A DNA stretch of 52,557 bases from a virus (taxonomy: Duplodnaviria > Caudoviricetes), in the IMG/VR virus record IMGVR_UViG_3300037511_000266, positions 1 to 52,557 of that record; one strand, written 5' to 3'. This document shows positions 25,175-35,613 of this stretch, piece by piece. Made by a program: the position numbers and the translations under genes. The notes under the pieces are model-generated. The model was not told where the DNA came from. It did not search any database and worked only from the letters and a program-made list of their open reading frames with translations. Each line of letters opens with the position of its first letter. Within the stretch, counting starts at the first letter, position 1.

Positions 25175-27048
25175 TATAGGAACTGCTCAGTTACTAACTC
25201 GAATGTGAACGTTCCGTTGTGCGAGCCGTCGTTGTTGATGATCTTGATATGCAGCTTGGACGTCGCATCCTCGTCTTCATACATGAACGGCAGCCGGTCA
25301 GTATAGATCCGACTGTTCAACGTGGCATCGATTGCCGTCGCTTTGTATAGGAGATCTCCTGCTAAGAACGTACTCTTCGAGTAGATCTCGACATCATAGG
25401 TGCCGGTCATCGTGCCGCCTGTCTCTGTGATCTTAAGCTTCGAGACCAGACCTCGATTAACATAGGCCGCAAGGTTGAAGGTCTGCGAGCTACTGGAGCT
25501 TACCGCGTTGCCAGCACTGATGAAGTCTTTCTTCTGAGTCCCAGTACCGGTCACCTTCACGTAGTAGCCCAGCAAGAAGACCCGCACGTTGGCATGGCCA
25601 GAGCCCGAGGCGGTCACGAGCGATTCATAGCCCAGCGTAGGCGTCGTGTTGCCGTCATCCCCAGGAAGGATCAGCGTAGCGACGTCGTCATACTCATGCG
25701 AGCCACCCCAGACGGTATAGGCCTTAGCCGGCGAAGATACGCTGCCGTACTGCTTGAACTTGACGTTGACCGTCGAACCAGGCGTCGTATCCCAGAACTG
25801 CACTCGCAGGACCAGGCCTGCCAAGCCTTGAGGAGCGTCCGTAATCGTATTTGAGCCTGAGGGGCCGAGATCGTTCTGCACATAGGCACCATCGGTCCCG
25901 ATCGCAAGTCGCTCCTCAACCATCGTTGGGTTGGCGAGCATGACAAGTTTGGAGAGCACTTGAGAGCCAAGGTCACCGCCGCTCCCGCTGCCGAGGGTTT
26001 GATAGGTCGAACCGTCGTTGGTGAACTCCCAGACGTCATCGGTTTCGTTCCAGCGAATGTCTACGTCAGGCGACGTGCCACGATCCACGCCAAATGAGCC
26101 ATTAGAGGAAGGCGCACCAGCAGTACCGTAATTAACTTGGAAACTAGAATTGTCAGTTCCGAGGTCAGTGTTTTGAGCATGTGAGCCTCCCGCTCCACCT
26201 GCTGTGGCCCAGGTGCGGTGATCAGTCACCGTCGAGATCGAGCCGCTCGCGGTAACCACAGTAAAGAGGGGAATCTTGCCGCTCGTATATCCAGAAGTGT
26301 TCTTGGTGATTGCTCCGGTTGACGTGTTGAGTTCTACATAGTTCGTCGCATTGTCGGTCAGACCGATTGTGCCGGCAGCCGTGTGAGAAATAACGTTGTC
26401 GTTACGGACGTATCCTTCTTTATATCCAAAGGTGAGGCCTGTCGTTGTACCAGTGTCCTGCGCGTACTGGCCATCCAGGTAGGACGTCCCGGTTGAAATG
26501 GCATCGAGCCGATCAGAGAGCGACAGGAATGGACCGCCTCCACCAGATAAGCATGCCGCGTAGTCATCGCCATCTAAAAGAATATCCGCCGTCGAGTTAT
26601 AGAAGGCGACCGAGGAGACAACATGCGTTGAAGCGTCCCATGCAAATTGCCATACCGTATCGAGCGTCAAAGTATCAGTAACAGTCGGAACGCCTCCGCT
26701 AGGAACGTTCACATAGAGGGTGCCTGTGGAAAATGCGAGGAGCGAGATCGTAGAACTACCAGTAGCTTTGCGAAGCTCATTACCATTCCAGTATGCACCT
26801 GCAGCAACAGTGAGCAAGTAGCTCGGGCCGCTTAATGTCGCGGCGACAGGCTTGTAACTCGCCTTGCCAAAGATGCCGTTCCGATCGTACAGTTCGTTGA
26901 CCCGCTGATCCTGAATACCGCCAAGGGCCGTCCCGACAGAGGCGTCGAGGGCGTTGAGCGCGGACTCAATGGTCGTGAAGTTAGACTCGGTATCAGCGAT
27001 GTAGGTCGTCGAACCGCCGAAGACTTTTACCAGGGAGACTGTTGCCAT
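25174..27048 (-). CDS. tail fibre / receptor-binding protein
   Basis: G/S/T-rich; IRWNETDDVWEFTNDG fibre motif; lies after tail tip genes. Confidence 0.75.
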   Translation of the reverse strand: MATVSLVKVFGGSTTYIADTESNFTTIESALNALDASVGTALGGIQDQRVNELYDRNGIFGKASYKPVAATLSGPSYLLTVAAGAYWNGNELRKATGSSTISLLAFSTGTLYVNVPSGGVPTVTDTLTLDTVWQFAWDASTHVVSSVAFYNSTADILLDGDDYAACLSGGGGPFLSLSDRLDAISTGTSYLDGQYAQDTGTTTGLTFGYKEGYVRNDNVISHTAAGTIGLTDNATNYVELNTSTGAITKNTSGYTSGKIPLFTVVTASGSISTVTDHRTWATAGGAGGSHAQNTDLGTDNSSFQVNYGTAGAPSSNGSFGVDRGTSPDVDIRWNETDDVWEFTNDGSTYQTLGSGSGGDLGSQVLSKLVMLANPTMVEERLAIGTDGAYVQNDLGPSGSNTITDAPQGLAGLVLRVQFWDTTPGSTVNVKFKQYGSVSSPAKAYTVWGGSHEYDDVATLILPGDDGNTTPTLGYESLVTASGSGHANVRVFLLGYYVKVTGTGTQKKDFISAGNAVSSSSSQTFNLAAYVNRGLVSKLKITETGGTMTGTYDVEIYSKSTFLAGDLLYKATAIDATLNSRIYTDRLPFMYEDEDATSKLHIKIINNDGSHNGTFTFELVTEQFL

Positions 27049-27057
27049 GACTGCTCC

Positions 27058-27585
27058 TTATGGGACCACGATTACATAGACTAGATTACCAGAGGCGTCA
27101 TACTTACCTAAAGTCCCGTAAGGTAGAGTACCATATTTATAGCCTCCGTTCAGTGCGGCAGTACCTAATTCCGTGAAATTTAAGGCTCTGTAGACCGAGC
27201 CATATGTCTCTGGCGTCCCGAGCGCAATGGATCCGTCTTCATCGTATGTGACTTCGATGACAACGACTTGCCCATCAACGATCGAGGCAAGGCCGACGAT
27301 CTCATAGGGCCGGTTGATGTCGAGCCGCACGAGGCGGATCTTTGTCCCGGGACCGGCTTTATGAACACTATGGGAGGCGTCAGAGATCGGCACAGCTTTG
27401 ACCACGGTATTCGCGTCAGGCCTCGTGCCGTCGCCGCCAAGGTCTACGTCCATGACCCAGAGATAATCTCTGAGCGCATAGTCGTACCAGCGATAGGCCG
27501 GCGTGATTGCCGTAGCGACGATCTCGTTATACCCTCGGTTCATCCGAGAGTCGATTAATTGTATGAGCGGTTTCTGAATCGCCAT
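27058..27585 (-). CDS. tail tip protein
   Basis: Coupled TAATG operon in tail module. Confidence 0.6.
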   Translation of the reverse strand: MAIQKPLIQLIDSRMNRGYNEIVATAITPAYRWYDYALRDYLWVMDVDLGGDGTRPDANTVVKAVPISDASHSVHKAGPGTKIRLVRLDINRPYEIVGLASIVDGQVVVIEVTYDEDGSIALGTPETYGSVYRALNFTELGTAALNGGYKYGTLPYGTLGKYDASGNLVYVIVVP

Positions 27586-29147
27586 TAGACCACCGTCCGG
27601 TAACAGTTCAGCGTCATGGTTGAGACGTCATTAGAGCCACGAGTAATGGAACGACTGACACTTTCAACCCAGACCTTGACGCTAGAGGAGAGTTGGATAA
27701 TATCTCCCGGCTCAATACGTGGATCGTAGCGCAGGATGACGGTGCGCGGCTGCTCTTTCATAACCTCAAAGTTGAGTTGGTTAATCGCAAGCGGCTGCGC
27801 TTGTTCCACCGTTGAGATGAAATCGTTTCGTATATCAACTTCCCGTTCTTGCCAGAACTCGGTATCCGATTTAATGGCAATCGTCTGCTGTTCAAGGTAG
27901 ACAAGCTCGTAGGGCGTGCCCCAGATCTCATAGACGCCAGTACCGAGACACATCATGATCAATAAGATAGCTACGAGCGCAATGGTCTGAAAGATTCGCC
28001 CGAAGGGGATGGTAAAGCCTGTGCTGTAGCCGAAGCCTGCGGCCTCGACGATGTCTCCGATATACGTCGCGGCAAAGTAAAACGCGATCATGGCCGTCGC
28101 CAACAACGGAGCCCACACACTCACATCCACATCAATACGAACGTGGAACTCGTCAAACTTCGTCATACTCTCAGAGCAGAAGGAAATCAGACCGCTATTA
28201 GCACTCTGCTTGACAAGCATGCGAGGATTATCCGAACGGGTCTTATGATCATCGCTGTAATAGACATCAATACTCTGAGACTCACGAAAGAAGCCTGTCG
28301 TGACTATCGCTGAGCCGAGGAGTTGATCCGGTCCATCGACTCGAGAAAGCGTGTTCGAGAGATAGGTTAAGATGACTTTATTGTTCGTCTCAGCCGACGC
28401 GCCCTTAGAATCATACCGGCGCAAATAATTATCATTCGACAACGCTTGGGTAATTCGGTCTTGCGATGTGTAATACAGCGAAAGCTGTCCTTTACCGTTG
28501 AACCATGGCACCGCATTAATCCCGAAGGCGAGTTCAGACAAGGCGTCCCACGGGGGATAATTGACGACTTGGTTACTGTTCTTATCGAAGAGCACACCCC
28601 AAGGATCCGCCACAGCAAACTCAGGCGGCTCAAGCAGCATTACATCTTCAGCAATGTTCCTGAACATTTCACCCCAGTCCGATCCGACGGTGTAGCTGTT
28701 TGATGTAATGCTCCGACGCTTCCATGCTTGGTTGTTGGCACGGCTAAAGACCTGGAACGAGCCGACAATCGTTTCACCACGTTGGAACTGCCAGCTATAG
28801 GTGCCTTCAACGGTGCCGCTGAATGTGACCAACCATTCAGCTTCGTCTAATCCTTCGAAGCCTTCGTACAAACGGATGATACGCCCCTGCTTCAGTGCTG
28901 CCTTCAGCGTCCCACTGTCTGGGTGAAACAAGAGATCAGGTGTATCGCTGAAGTTGACTGTCAAACGATCAAAGTTATAGTCAATCGATATCACGTAGGA
29001 GGTAAGATCGACCGGTGTCTGCCCATACGTGCCCTCGATAATCTCAGCCCATGAGTCGGCGTCAGGACTAAATGACAAGAGCTTCCACTTGGGGAAGATC
29101 TGCTCCCGACCGAGATAGCTGTCATAATTTGCGCTGGTCGTAATCAC
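27585..29147 (-). CDS. baseplate hub/Tal-like tail tip protein with hydrophobic hairpin
   Basis: PWDALSELA..WFNGKGQL and DPRIEPGDII hub-like motifs; two long hydrophobic segments. Confidence 0.65.
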   Translation of the reverse strand: MITTSANYDSYLGREQIFPKWKLLSFSPDADSWAEIIEGTYGQTPVDLTSYVISIDYNFDRLTVNFSDTPDLLFHPDSGTLKAALKQGRIIRLYEGFEGLDEAEWLVTFSGTVEGTYSWQFQRGETIVGSFQVFSRANNQAWKRRSITSNSYTVGSDWGEMFRNIAEDVMLLEPPEFAVADPWGVLFDKNSNQVVNYPPWDALSELAFGINAVPWFNGKGQLSLYYTSQDRITQALSNDNYLRRYDSKGASAETNNKVILTYLSNTLSRVDGPDQLLGSAIVTTGFFRESQSIDVYYSDDHKTRSDNPRMLVKQSANSGLISFCSESMTKFDEFHVRIDVDVSVWAPLLATAMIAFYFAATYIGDIVEAAGFGYSTGFTIPFGRIFQTIALVAILLIMMCLGTGVYEIWGTPYELVYLEQQTIAIKSDTEFWQEREVDIRNDFISTVEQAQPLAINQLNFEVMKEQPRTVILRYDPRIEPGDIIQLSSSVKVWVESVSRSITRGSNDVSTMTLNCYRTVV

Positions 29148-29749
29148 TAGGCTTCTCCGACAATCCTGAACTGCAACACCATCGTTCCCGGGCAGTAGCC
29201 GTGGCGTGCGGCGATATAATCAAATTCAAAATCTCCAGCCCCTTGGCCGGCTGAGCCGGTCAGCGACAGCGTGAGGGTTTCAATCACAATGTTGTAAACC
29301 TTGGACGTCCTGTCCCTTGGTTCCCAGTGGATATACTGCCCGTTAGTCGGCGGATTCGTGTAGTAATCTTGCAGAGCTAAGAAGAAATCCATCTTCACAC
29401 GGGAGATCGTGTCGCTTCCGTTCCAGCGTTCTTGAATAGCCACATCACGCGAGACTCCAAGCCAACCGATCAGCATGTTATCTGTTAAGGTAGCTTGCGC
29501 AAACGCACGAGGACGTTTATCCAATGGTGAGGTATTGAAATTCGTATAGACATCTGGGTTCGATTCGTAAATGATCGGCGCAAAGTCGCTAGTCGGATAG
29601 ACCAAACGGCGAAGCTGTGAGTCCGACGTCATGGCCGGGTTCGAGCCTGTTACCGCGAGAATCGCTGCCGGCTTAATATCCGTCGTGGTTGTGACTACCG
29701 GAGTCGCATCACCGACCGTAAATGTTAGGGAACCAGTTATTGTCGCCAT
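29147..29749 (-). CDS. distal tail-like protein
   Basis: Position and size. Confidence 0.5.
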   Translation of the reverse strand: MATITGSLTFTVGDATPVVTTTTDIKPAAILAVTGSNPAMTSDSQLRRLVYPTSDFAPIIYESNPDVYTNFNTSPLDKRPRAFAQATLTDNMLIGWLGVSRDVAIQERWNGSDTISRVKMDFFLALQDYYTNPPTNGQYIHWEPRDRTSKVYNIVIETLTLSLTGSAGQGAGDFEFDYIAARHGYCPGTMVLQFRIVGEA

Positions 29750-30960
29750 TAGGACGTCACCTTTGTTTCGTCATACGAAACGGTTAGAGTCTCGACTGCT
29801 GCAGCCACCGTTGGTTTTAAGACGATCTCGACACGGCCATTGACTTCGCTAAGCTGACTCGGCTTGGATACGAGGCCAGCATCAGGGCTGCACGAGATAC
29901 TGACCTTCTTTAGCCCACCGGCTTCGCCTTTCGTGCCAAGCAAATTCGATATGAAATGCACTTCAGTCTCATTCGACAAACGAGTAATCGCTACAGGGAC
30001 GGTGACCATTGTCATCGCCGGCCTGGGCGCATAGATCTCCAGAGCGTTTTGTGCAGCACCATTGGTCGCGTCAGCTTTAATGCGTACTGCGGCGAGCTTC
30101 TTTCTGCGTGTGTCGAAGCAGATTCGGGCCATGCGATCGTTCCCACCGATGTTCTGCATCTCGGTGAGAAGCTCGATTCGGTTACTCGCATAATTATACT
30201 TAAGTATACTCTGCCTGTCAGCCGTCTGTCCCGATATGGTATTAGCGAATAAGGCCCACATCCGCTGCTCGTCCTCATAACCCGTGCCCCAGGCAAACGA
30301 TTCGGGAGCAGGATGGTAGTACACTTCTGTCGCTGGCGTTGAGCTAGGCCATGCACCGGAGGTCGAATAATCCCACACACTAATACGTGGGCCACCCATT
30401 AAAGTGAGGACAGTAATCAACTTCGCCTCGGGGGCCAAGGCAAACCCGAAGTTCGTGCCGGCGAGAATTGGTATCTGTGTATTTGTGAGAATAGGATTTG
30501 CCAGCATGTCGGACGTGGCATACATATTCGGCAATAGGACTTCAGTAATTCCATACACGGCTGGAAAGGGTAGAAAGCCAGTATGTCCCGCCCAGATCTT
30601 GCCGAGGCCTCCATTGAAGGCTTGATCTGTGAGGAATGTGGCTAAGGCGGCACCAGGCAACCGATCAGAAGATACGATCTCCCCAGTCTCAGGACTAATG
30701 ATGTATGACCAGAACTCCCAACCTGGAAAGTAGGCAATATTATTAACCGTGACCAAACGATAGACGTCAGCCGCTTGATCATAAACGAATGCTTCAATGT
30801 CCTGAATGGACTCCATATAAGGAAAGGACGTATTGCACATCGTCGTCGCATTATATTGAGCGGTCGGAAATAGCGTCTTCCAAGGCGTCGTGTCCACAGA
30901 CCAGTTGCTACAACTACGGTAGCTTAGAAAATTTGGATTACGAACCAGAAGTTCAAGCAT
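29749..30960 (-). CDS. virion protein (beta-rich, C-terminal Ig-like)
   Basis: Tail operon; beta-propeller-like composition. Confidence 0.55.
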   Translation of the reverse strand: MLELLVRNPNFLSYRSCSNWSVDTTPWKTLFPTAQYNATTMCNTSFPYMESIQDIEAFVYDQAADVYRLVTVNNIAYFPGWEFWSYIISPETGEIVSSDRLPGAALATFLTDQAFNGGLGKIWAGHTGFLPFPAVYGITEVLLPNMYATSDMLANPILTNTQIPILAGTNFGFALAPEAKLITVLTLMGGPRISVWDYSTSGAWPSSTPATEVYYHPAPESFAWGTGYEDEQRMWALFANTISGQTADRQSILKYNYASNRIELLTEMQNIGGNDRMARICFDTRRKKLAAVRIKADATNGAAQNALEIYAPRPAMTMVTVPVAITRLSNETEVHFISNLLGTKGEAGGLKKVSISCSPDAGLVSKPSQLSEVNGRVEIVLKPTVAAAVETLTVSYDETKVTS

Positions 30961-31922
30961 TAATATCCAGTCGAAACGGTAATCGTCTGACTGCCTCCAA
31001 CAAAGTCGGCCCTGCCTGGACCACAGTATGTGTTCGTCGCCACGCCGCTATAATCCGTCAGCGTGACAGTCTCTTTTAAATGCCCTTCGGCTGTCGTCAA
31101 TTCCCAATGGACAGGCCAATTAGGGACGGGTTCATTCCTATCGCCCAGGAGCGTGACACTTAAATCATCCTCACGATATCGCTTCCGGTTACTACCCATG
31201 GTAATTGACGAGACACTGCTTGGTGCCACGTCAAACGTGTAGATCTGCATGCGGCTGTCAGAGGCGCGGAACGACCAAATATTTTTATTGAACGGATCGA
31301 TAAAGAAGCATTTCGACTTCTCTATGTACGATTCATACGTCGCGCCAGTGTAGAGATTGAGAAACCGCACGACACCGGTTGTGCCATTGTCTGCATCGAT
31401 ACCGACAAACCACCCATCAGGAGTGATCATGATTCTGTCGGAAAGATATGTCAGGATGCCGGTCGTGTTGACAGAGGCCTGCAGAGTGCCTGTCGCGTTG
31501 TCGTATTTGTTGTAGCCGTGGCTGAGATAACCGTGGTAGTAACTATTCCCCCATACGACTGGAGCGATAACGCCATCGGGAAAGAGTATTCCCGTATGAG
31601 TCACTCGTGAATGATCTGAAGGGTCATACTTCAATCCGACTGTGTTTTGATGGACGTTGCCTAAACCTGACCCGTTCTCCATGGTGAACACGCGATCGAG
31701 ATCGAGGTCATAGCCCCAAAATTGCGTGTTCACGCCACCACCACCGCAGCATCGTACCGCTGAACCGTCACGAAAGATCTTGTAGATGTTGCCGAACTCT
31801 TGGGTATAGAGAACGCAATCGTATCTTTTCAGATAAAAACCAAACGATTCTAAGGATAGATCGAGCGTCCCCGAGGCGGGAAGCGTTGTCGGATTTGCTG
31901 CTTCGTAGATCTTAATAAGCAT
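30960..31922 (-). CDS. virion protein with C-terminal Big_1-like Ig domain
   Basis: VTLLGDRNEPVPNWPVHW...TDYSGVAT; start at 31922 (TAATG overlap). Confidence 0.6.
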   Translation of the reverse strand: MLIKIYEAANPTTLPASGTLDLSLESFGFYLKRYDCVLYTQEFGNIYKIFRDGSAVRCCGGGGVNTQFWGYDLDLDRVFTMENGSGLGNVHQNTVGLKYDPSDHSRVTHTGILFPDGVIAPVVWGNSYYHGYLSHGYNKYDNATGTLQASVNTTGILTYLSDRIMITPDGWFVGIDADNGTTGVVRFLNLYTGATYESYIEKSKCFFIDPFNKNIWSFRASDSRMQIYTFDVAPSSVSSITMGSNRKRYREDDLSVTLLGDRNEPVPNWPVHWELTTAEGHLKETVTLTDYSGVATNTYCGPGRADFVGGSQTITVSTGY

Positions 31923-32191
31923 TAGACGGCCATTGATTCGTAAACCTTGATTCGATCCCATTGGGTATCGAGCAAGTTGGATGTTGGTGCAGTATAGATC
32001 GCTGTGGCATAACCGTCAGCATCGGTCTCGTTTTGAATGTGTGACAACGACCCAAAGGCGGCTGTCTCGACGTTTGAATCGACCCCGACAAGATCCCACC
32101 AGATACAGCGGTTGGGATTACCTTTGTACGTAATCGTGCCACCACCTTTAATCTTCTGAACTGTCGAGGCTAGAGTAATTGTCGCTCCCAT
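31922..32191 (-). CDS. small Ig-like virion protein
   Basis: GSLS...TDADGYATAIYTAP. Confidence 0.6.
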   Translation of the reverse strand: MGATITLASTVQKIKGGGTITYKGNPNRCIWWDLVGVDSNVETAAFGSLSHIQNETDADGYATAIYTAPTSNLLDTQWDRIKVYESMAV

Positions 32192-32193
32192 GA

Positions 32194-35100
32194 TTACGCC
32201 GGCTGAATCTGTAGGGCTTCATTAACCGAACGTGTCACGAGCGCATCGATCTGTGTCTCGTTCAGCGAGCCGCCAGAAGCCATGCCTTCAACCGCCCGGG
32301 CAATACGAGCCAATAGGACGTTCGTGGGGACGAGTGCATTTTGTAAGCTCTCACCGATCTGTCCGATGGGAATCTGAGTCTCACCGCCGATCAAACCTCG
32401 CACCTGCTCAGAGCTTTGAATTCCGACAGTCGGATTCCCCGCCGTGCTCGACGTATTATTCTTCTGCAGTACTTGGCCTAAGAGAAATGAGGCCAGCAAT
32501 GCGAAGCCGGCTAAAAACGCAGGCCCGAGTGTTGAGACCATGTTAGGCGCAATGGTCCTTGCGAGATCGTCAAATGCGTTTTGGAAGCTCTTCTCCAAAC
32601 CCTGTGTCAGATTCTTCAATGAGTCTTTGAAGAGTTGGTCGGATACGCCTTTAAACAACTGCGCGAAGTTCGTACGCTTACCTTCAAACGCATCGGTGAG
32701 CGCCGTCGCAAGACCGTTGACAACACCACGAACAGCGTTACCGATTGCCGCATCGGCCACCTTTCGATCGTTGGCTTGATTAGCAACCTTGATATATTCT
32801 TTCAACCGTTCTTTGAGATCGTAGACAGCACCGCCGGCAGCGACAAACGCCTCCGTTAGTGCCTGGATCTGTTCTGGATTGCCCGAGGCAATAGCCTTAT
32901 CCAGCAAATTACTTGTCGTCGTCAGGCGTTGCTCGGCCTCACCAATGTTCGCTTCAAGCTTCGTAACGACGGTCTGGATCTCGGCGCGGCCTGCTTCAAG
33001 ATCGGTACGCGGTAGCTGGCGTTTAGCATTAACGACTTCCTGCTGAGCCGTATCGAGCGCCTGCTGGTTCTTCTGGAAAATTATGCCAACAAGTGCGGCC
33101 TGCTTTTCAAGGACCAACTGCTTCTCTCGTTCGACCCTCAAGCCTTCCGTCGTGATCTGTAACTGCTCTTGGGCGTCGAGACGTAGCCCATTCGCCACGG
33201 CGGTACGTTTCTCCAAGAGCGCGATCGTCAACTGCTTGTTGAGTTCGAGTGTCGCGAGACGCGCAATATCGTCAGCTTTGTTTCGAGCCGACTCTAGCTC
33301 TTCCAGCGCGGCTTTCTCTTTAACCGTATCCTTCTCTTCCTGTGCCACCTTAAGGTGTGCTTCAGCGTCAGCGATCAACTTCGCACCGACCTGTGTTTGC
33401 GCCTTGTAGGCGGCATTCGCACGGTCCTCAATGATCGCTGCGGCGTCGTTATGCGGGTCGACTTCGGTCTTCCGTAACTCGAGTTTCGCGGATTCTGCCG
33501 TCGTCTTGAAATGCTCGAAACCTTTAGTGAGGACGGCAAGCTGCGTGTCAAGGTTCTTGATTGTTTGGTCGGCAATGTCGCTGTTCACTTGAGCGACATT
33601 GTTCTCCAGTTCAAGGAAGTCCGCTTTCGCGCCGGTCACGAACGCTTCGATATTCTTGCCGATAAACTTCGTGACCTCGTTGGCCGTCGTCTTCAAGCCA
33701 AGGATTGCCGTGCCGATATGGTCAAAGCCTTGTGCTGTGAGTTGCGCGTCTCGTTGCAACGCGACAAGGTTGGCTTGAATCGTGGCAGCAACCGCCGCTT
33801 CAGCCGCAGTACGAATCGCACGATAATAGCGGTCCCATGCCGAGATGAGCGTATTGATTGCGTGCGTCTGCTTTTGCTGATCCTCTTCGGTAACGTTGAA
33901 CAGACCCCGCGTAGGCTGCTCCGTCGCTGCAGGCTGATTCAATTGGAAGTTGGCTTGCCCTTGGCCAACGATTTGCGCACCTAACAGTTCTTGCCTGTTC
34001 GCATTGAGCCGAAGACCGAAGCTTCCAACCGACTTAATCAGCGGGTCTAGAGCCGCGTGAACCTTATTGAACGCAGCCTCGACACCATTACTCCAATCGT
34101 TAATTGTCCCCTTCGATGCAGAGAGTGCCGACGGTAAGTTACCCGTTGTCGTAAAGAGCACATCTTTGATACGTGTGAGCAGCGGGGCACTCGCACTGTA
34201 GGTATCGATGAGGAGCCGGCGCACGTTCTCAAGCTGCTGCGTCTGGACAGTCAGAAGGTCATTCTCAGCCTTAATAGCGAACGCGGTACCCGGGCCTGAA
34301 CTCTTCCCCAGGTCTTCGATATTCTTTCGCGTATTCGCAATCGTGTCTTCGAGGAACGCTTGTTGCTCCTTAAGCTGCTTGACCGCTGGATCTAATTCAA
34401 ACGCACCGGTAAATAGCCGGCTGACTTCTTTCAGAACGGGCGGCAGTAAGCCGAGCAAATTCACGATGCTCTGAACGGCAGCGATCATCGTTTCGAGCGA
34501 GGTCTCGACCAGCGCGATGAAGTCAATGAACTGTGTATTGTTCGTCTTTGTTTGGTTGCCAAGGCCTAAGAGATCTTGAGTGGCCTTCCCAACAGTTCCA
34601 AGGACGTCGCCGGCAGCTTTGCCGATCGCGGCCAGTAATCCAACAATCTGAACCTTATTAGTATTCAGATAGTCAGTGAATTGCCGAATCTGGCTAACAA
34701 GCTGTGCATAAAATTGATCCAGACCCAGCCGGCCAATTTGTCGAATCGTCGTGTCGAGGCCGTTTTTCGCAGCGGTGAAGACTTGTTGGATCTCGGTCGT
34801 TGCCGCACGAGCACCGACGAGGATACTCTCCAGGGGTTTCAAGCTGCCGGTAATGCGGATCTGCTGGCCAATGTCTTTGATGTCCGCGCCGAACGCTTTC
34901 AGTAATTGTGACAGTGCGGCGCTGGTCCGCACGTTGCCGTTTAAGAAGTCTCGAATTTCTTGCTGGACCTGAATCGTTGAGGCCTGACCTTGTGTCAACA
35001 GAAGGATCTGTGAGGTCAGTTCAGCGAGCAGCGGAAGCTCTTCACGACGGATGATAATGCCGCGTTGAGCAAACGTGTTGTAGGCTAGCTGTAAATCGAT

Positions 35101-35613
35101 AGCCGAGGCGAAATATTTCGAGGAGAGTTTCTCGAGATCGACGAACGTCTGCTTCGTGGCTTCCAAGTTCCGATGGAAGACTTGTTCGTACGTTTGACCG
35201 GACAGCTTCGATTGATCCGCCAGGTTGGTAATAGCGGCTGCCGTCCCGATCGTCGCCCGTTGGAAGTCATCGATGTTCGTGACGCCTTTCTTAAAGACGT
35301 CGACGAGGGCTTCACCGGTAGCCTTGGCAATATCATACAGAGCTTGAAACGCCGTAACGGCGAGACCAATGGAAATCGCGCCGGCCTGGCCAGCCCCCTG
35401 CAATCCTTGAAGCGCCCCGGAGAGTTTCTGCGTCTGTGCGGTTTGGTTACTGACGGCAGTAGTATTTTCCTTCGCAGCCGCGACGAGCTTCGCGTGGTCG
35501 TCCTTCAGCTTGCCGAGTTGCGTGCTAAGCTGATCGGCAGCCTTCTTCGACTCCAACATCGAAGCGGTAAATTCTTTTGTCGCTGCTTCAAGGGTTATGT
35601 TTACGTCTGCCAC
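32194..35613 (-). CDS. tail tape measure protein
   Basis: 1139 aa, Ala/Leu/Gln-rich helical, follows tail chaperones. Confidence 0.9.
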   Translation of the reverse strand: MADVNITLEAATKEFTASMLESKKAADQLSTQLGKLKDDHAKLVAAAKENTTAVSNQTAQTQKLSGALQGLQGAGQAGAISIGLAVTAFQALYDIAKATGEALVDVFKKGVTNIDDFQRATIGTAAAITNLADQSKLSGQTYEQVFHRNLEATKQTFVDLEKLSSKYFASAIDLQLAYNTFAQRGIIIRREELPLLAELTSQILLLTQGQASTIQVQQEIRDFLNGNVRTSAALSQLLKAFGADIKDIGQQIRITGSLKPLESILVGARAATTEIQQVFTAAKNGLDTTIRQIGRLGLDQFYAQLVSQIRQFTDYLNTNKVQIVGLLAAIGKAAGDVLGTVGKATQDLLGLGNQTKTNNTQFIDFIALVETSLETMIAAVQSIVNLLGLLPPVLKEVSRLFTGAFELDPAVKQLKEQQAFLEDTIANTRKNIEDLGKSSGPGTAFAIKAENDLLTVQTQQLENVRRLLIDTYSASAPLLTRIKDVLFTTTGNLPSALSASKGTINDWSNGVEAAFNKVHAALDPLIKSVGSFGLRLNANRQELLGAQIVGQGQANFQLNQPAATEQPTRGLFNVTEEDQQKQTHAINTLISAWDRYYRAIRTAAEAAVAATIQANLVALQRDAQLTAQGFDHIGTAILGLKTTANEVTKFIGKNIEAFVTGAKADFLELENNVAQVNSDIADQTIKNLDTQLAVLTKGFEHFKTTAESAKLELRKTEVDPHNDAAAIIEDRANAAYKAQTQVGAKLIADAEAHLKVAQEEKDTVKEKAALEELESARNKADDIARLATLELNKQLTIALLEKRTAVANGLRLDAQEQLQITTEGLRVEREKQLVLEKQAALVGIIFQKNQQALDTAQQEVVNAKRQLPRTDLEAGRAEIQTVVTKLEANIGEAEQRLTTTSNLLDKAIASGNPEQIQALTEAFVAAGGAVYDLKERLKEYIKVANQANDRKVADAAIGNAVRGVVNGLATALTDAFEGKRTNFAQLFKGVSDQLFKDSLKNLTQGLEKSFQNAFDDLARTIAPNMVSTLGPAFLAGFALLASFLLGQVLQKNNTSSTAGNPTVGIQSSEQVRGLIGGETQIPIGQIGESLQNALVPTNVLLARIARAVEGMASGGSLNETQIDALVTRSVNEALQIQPA

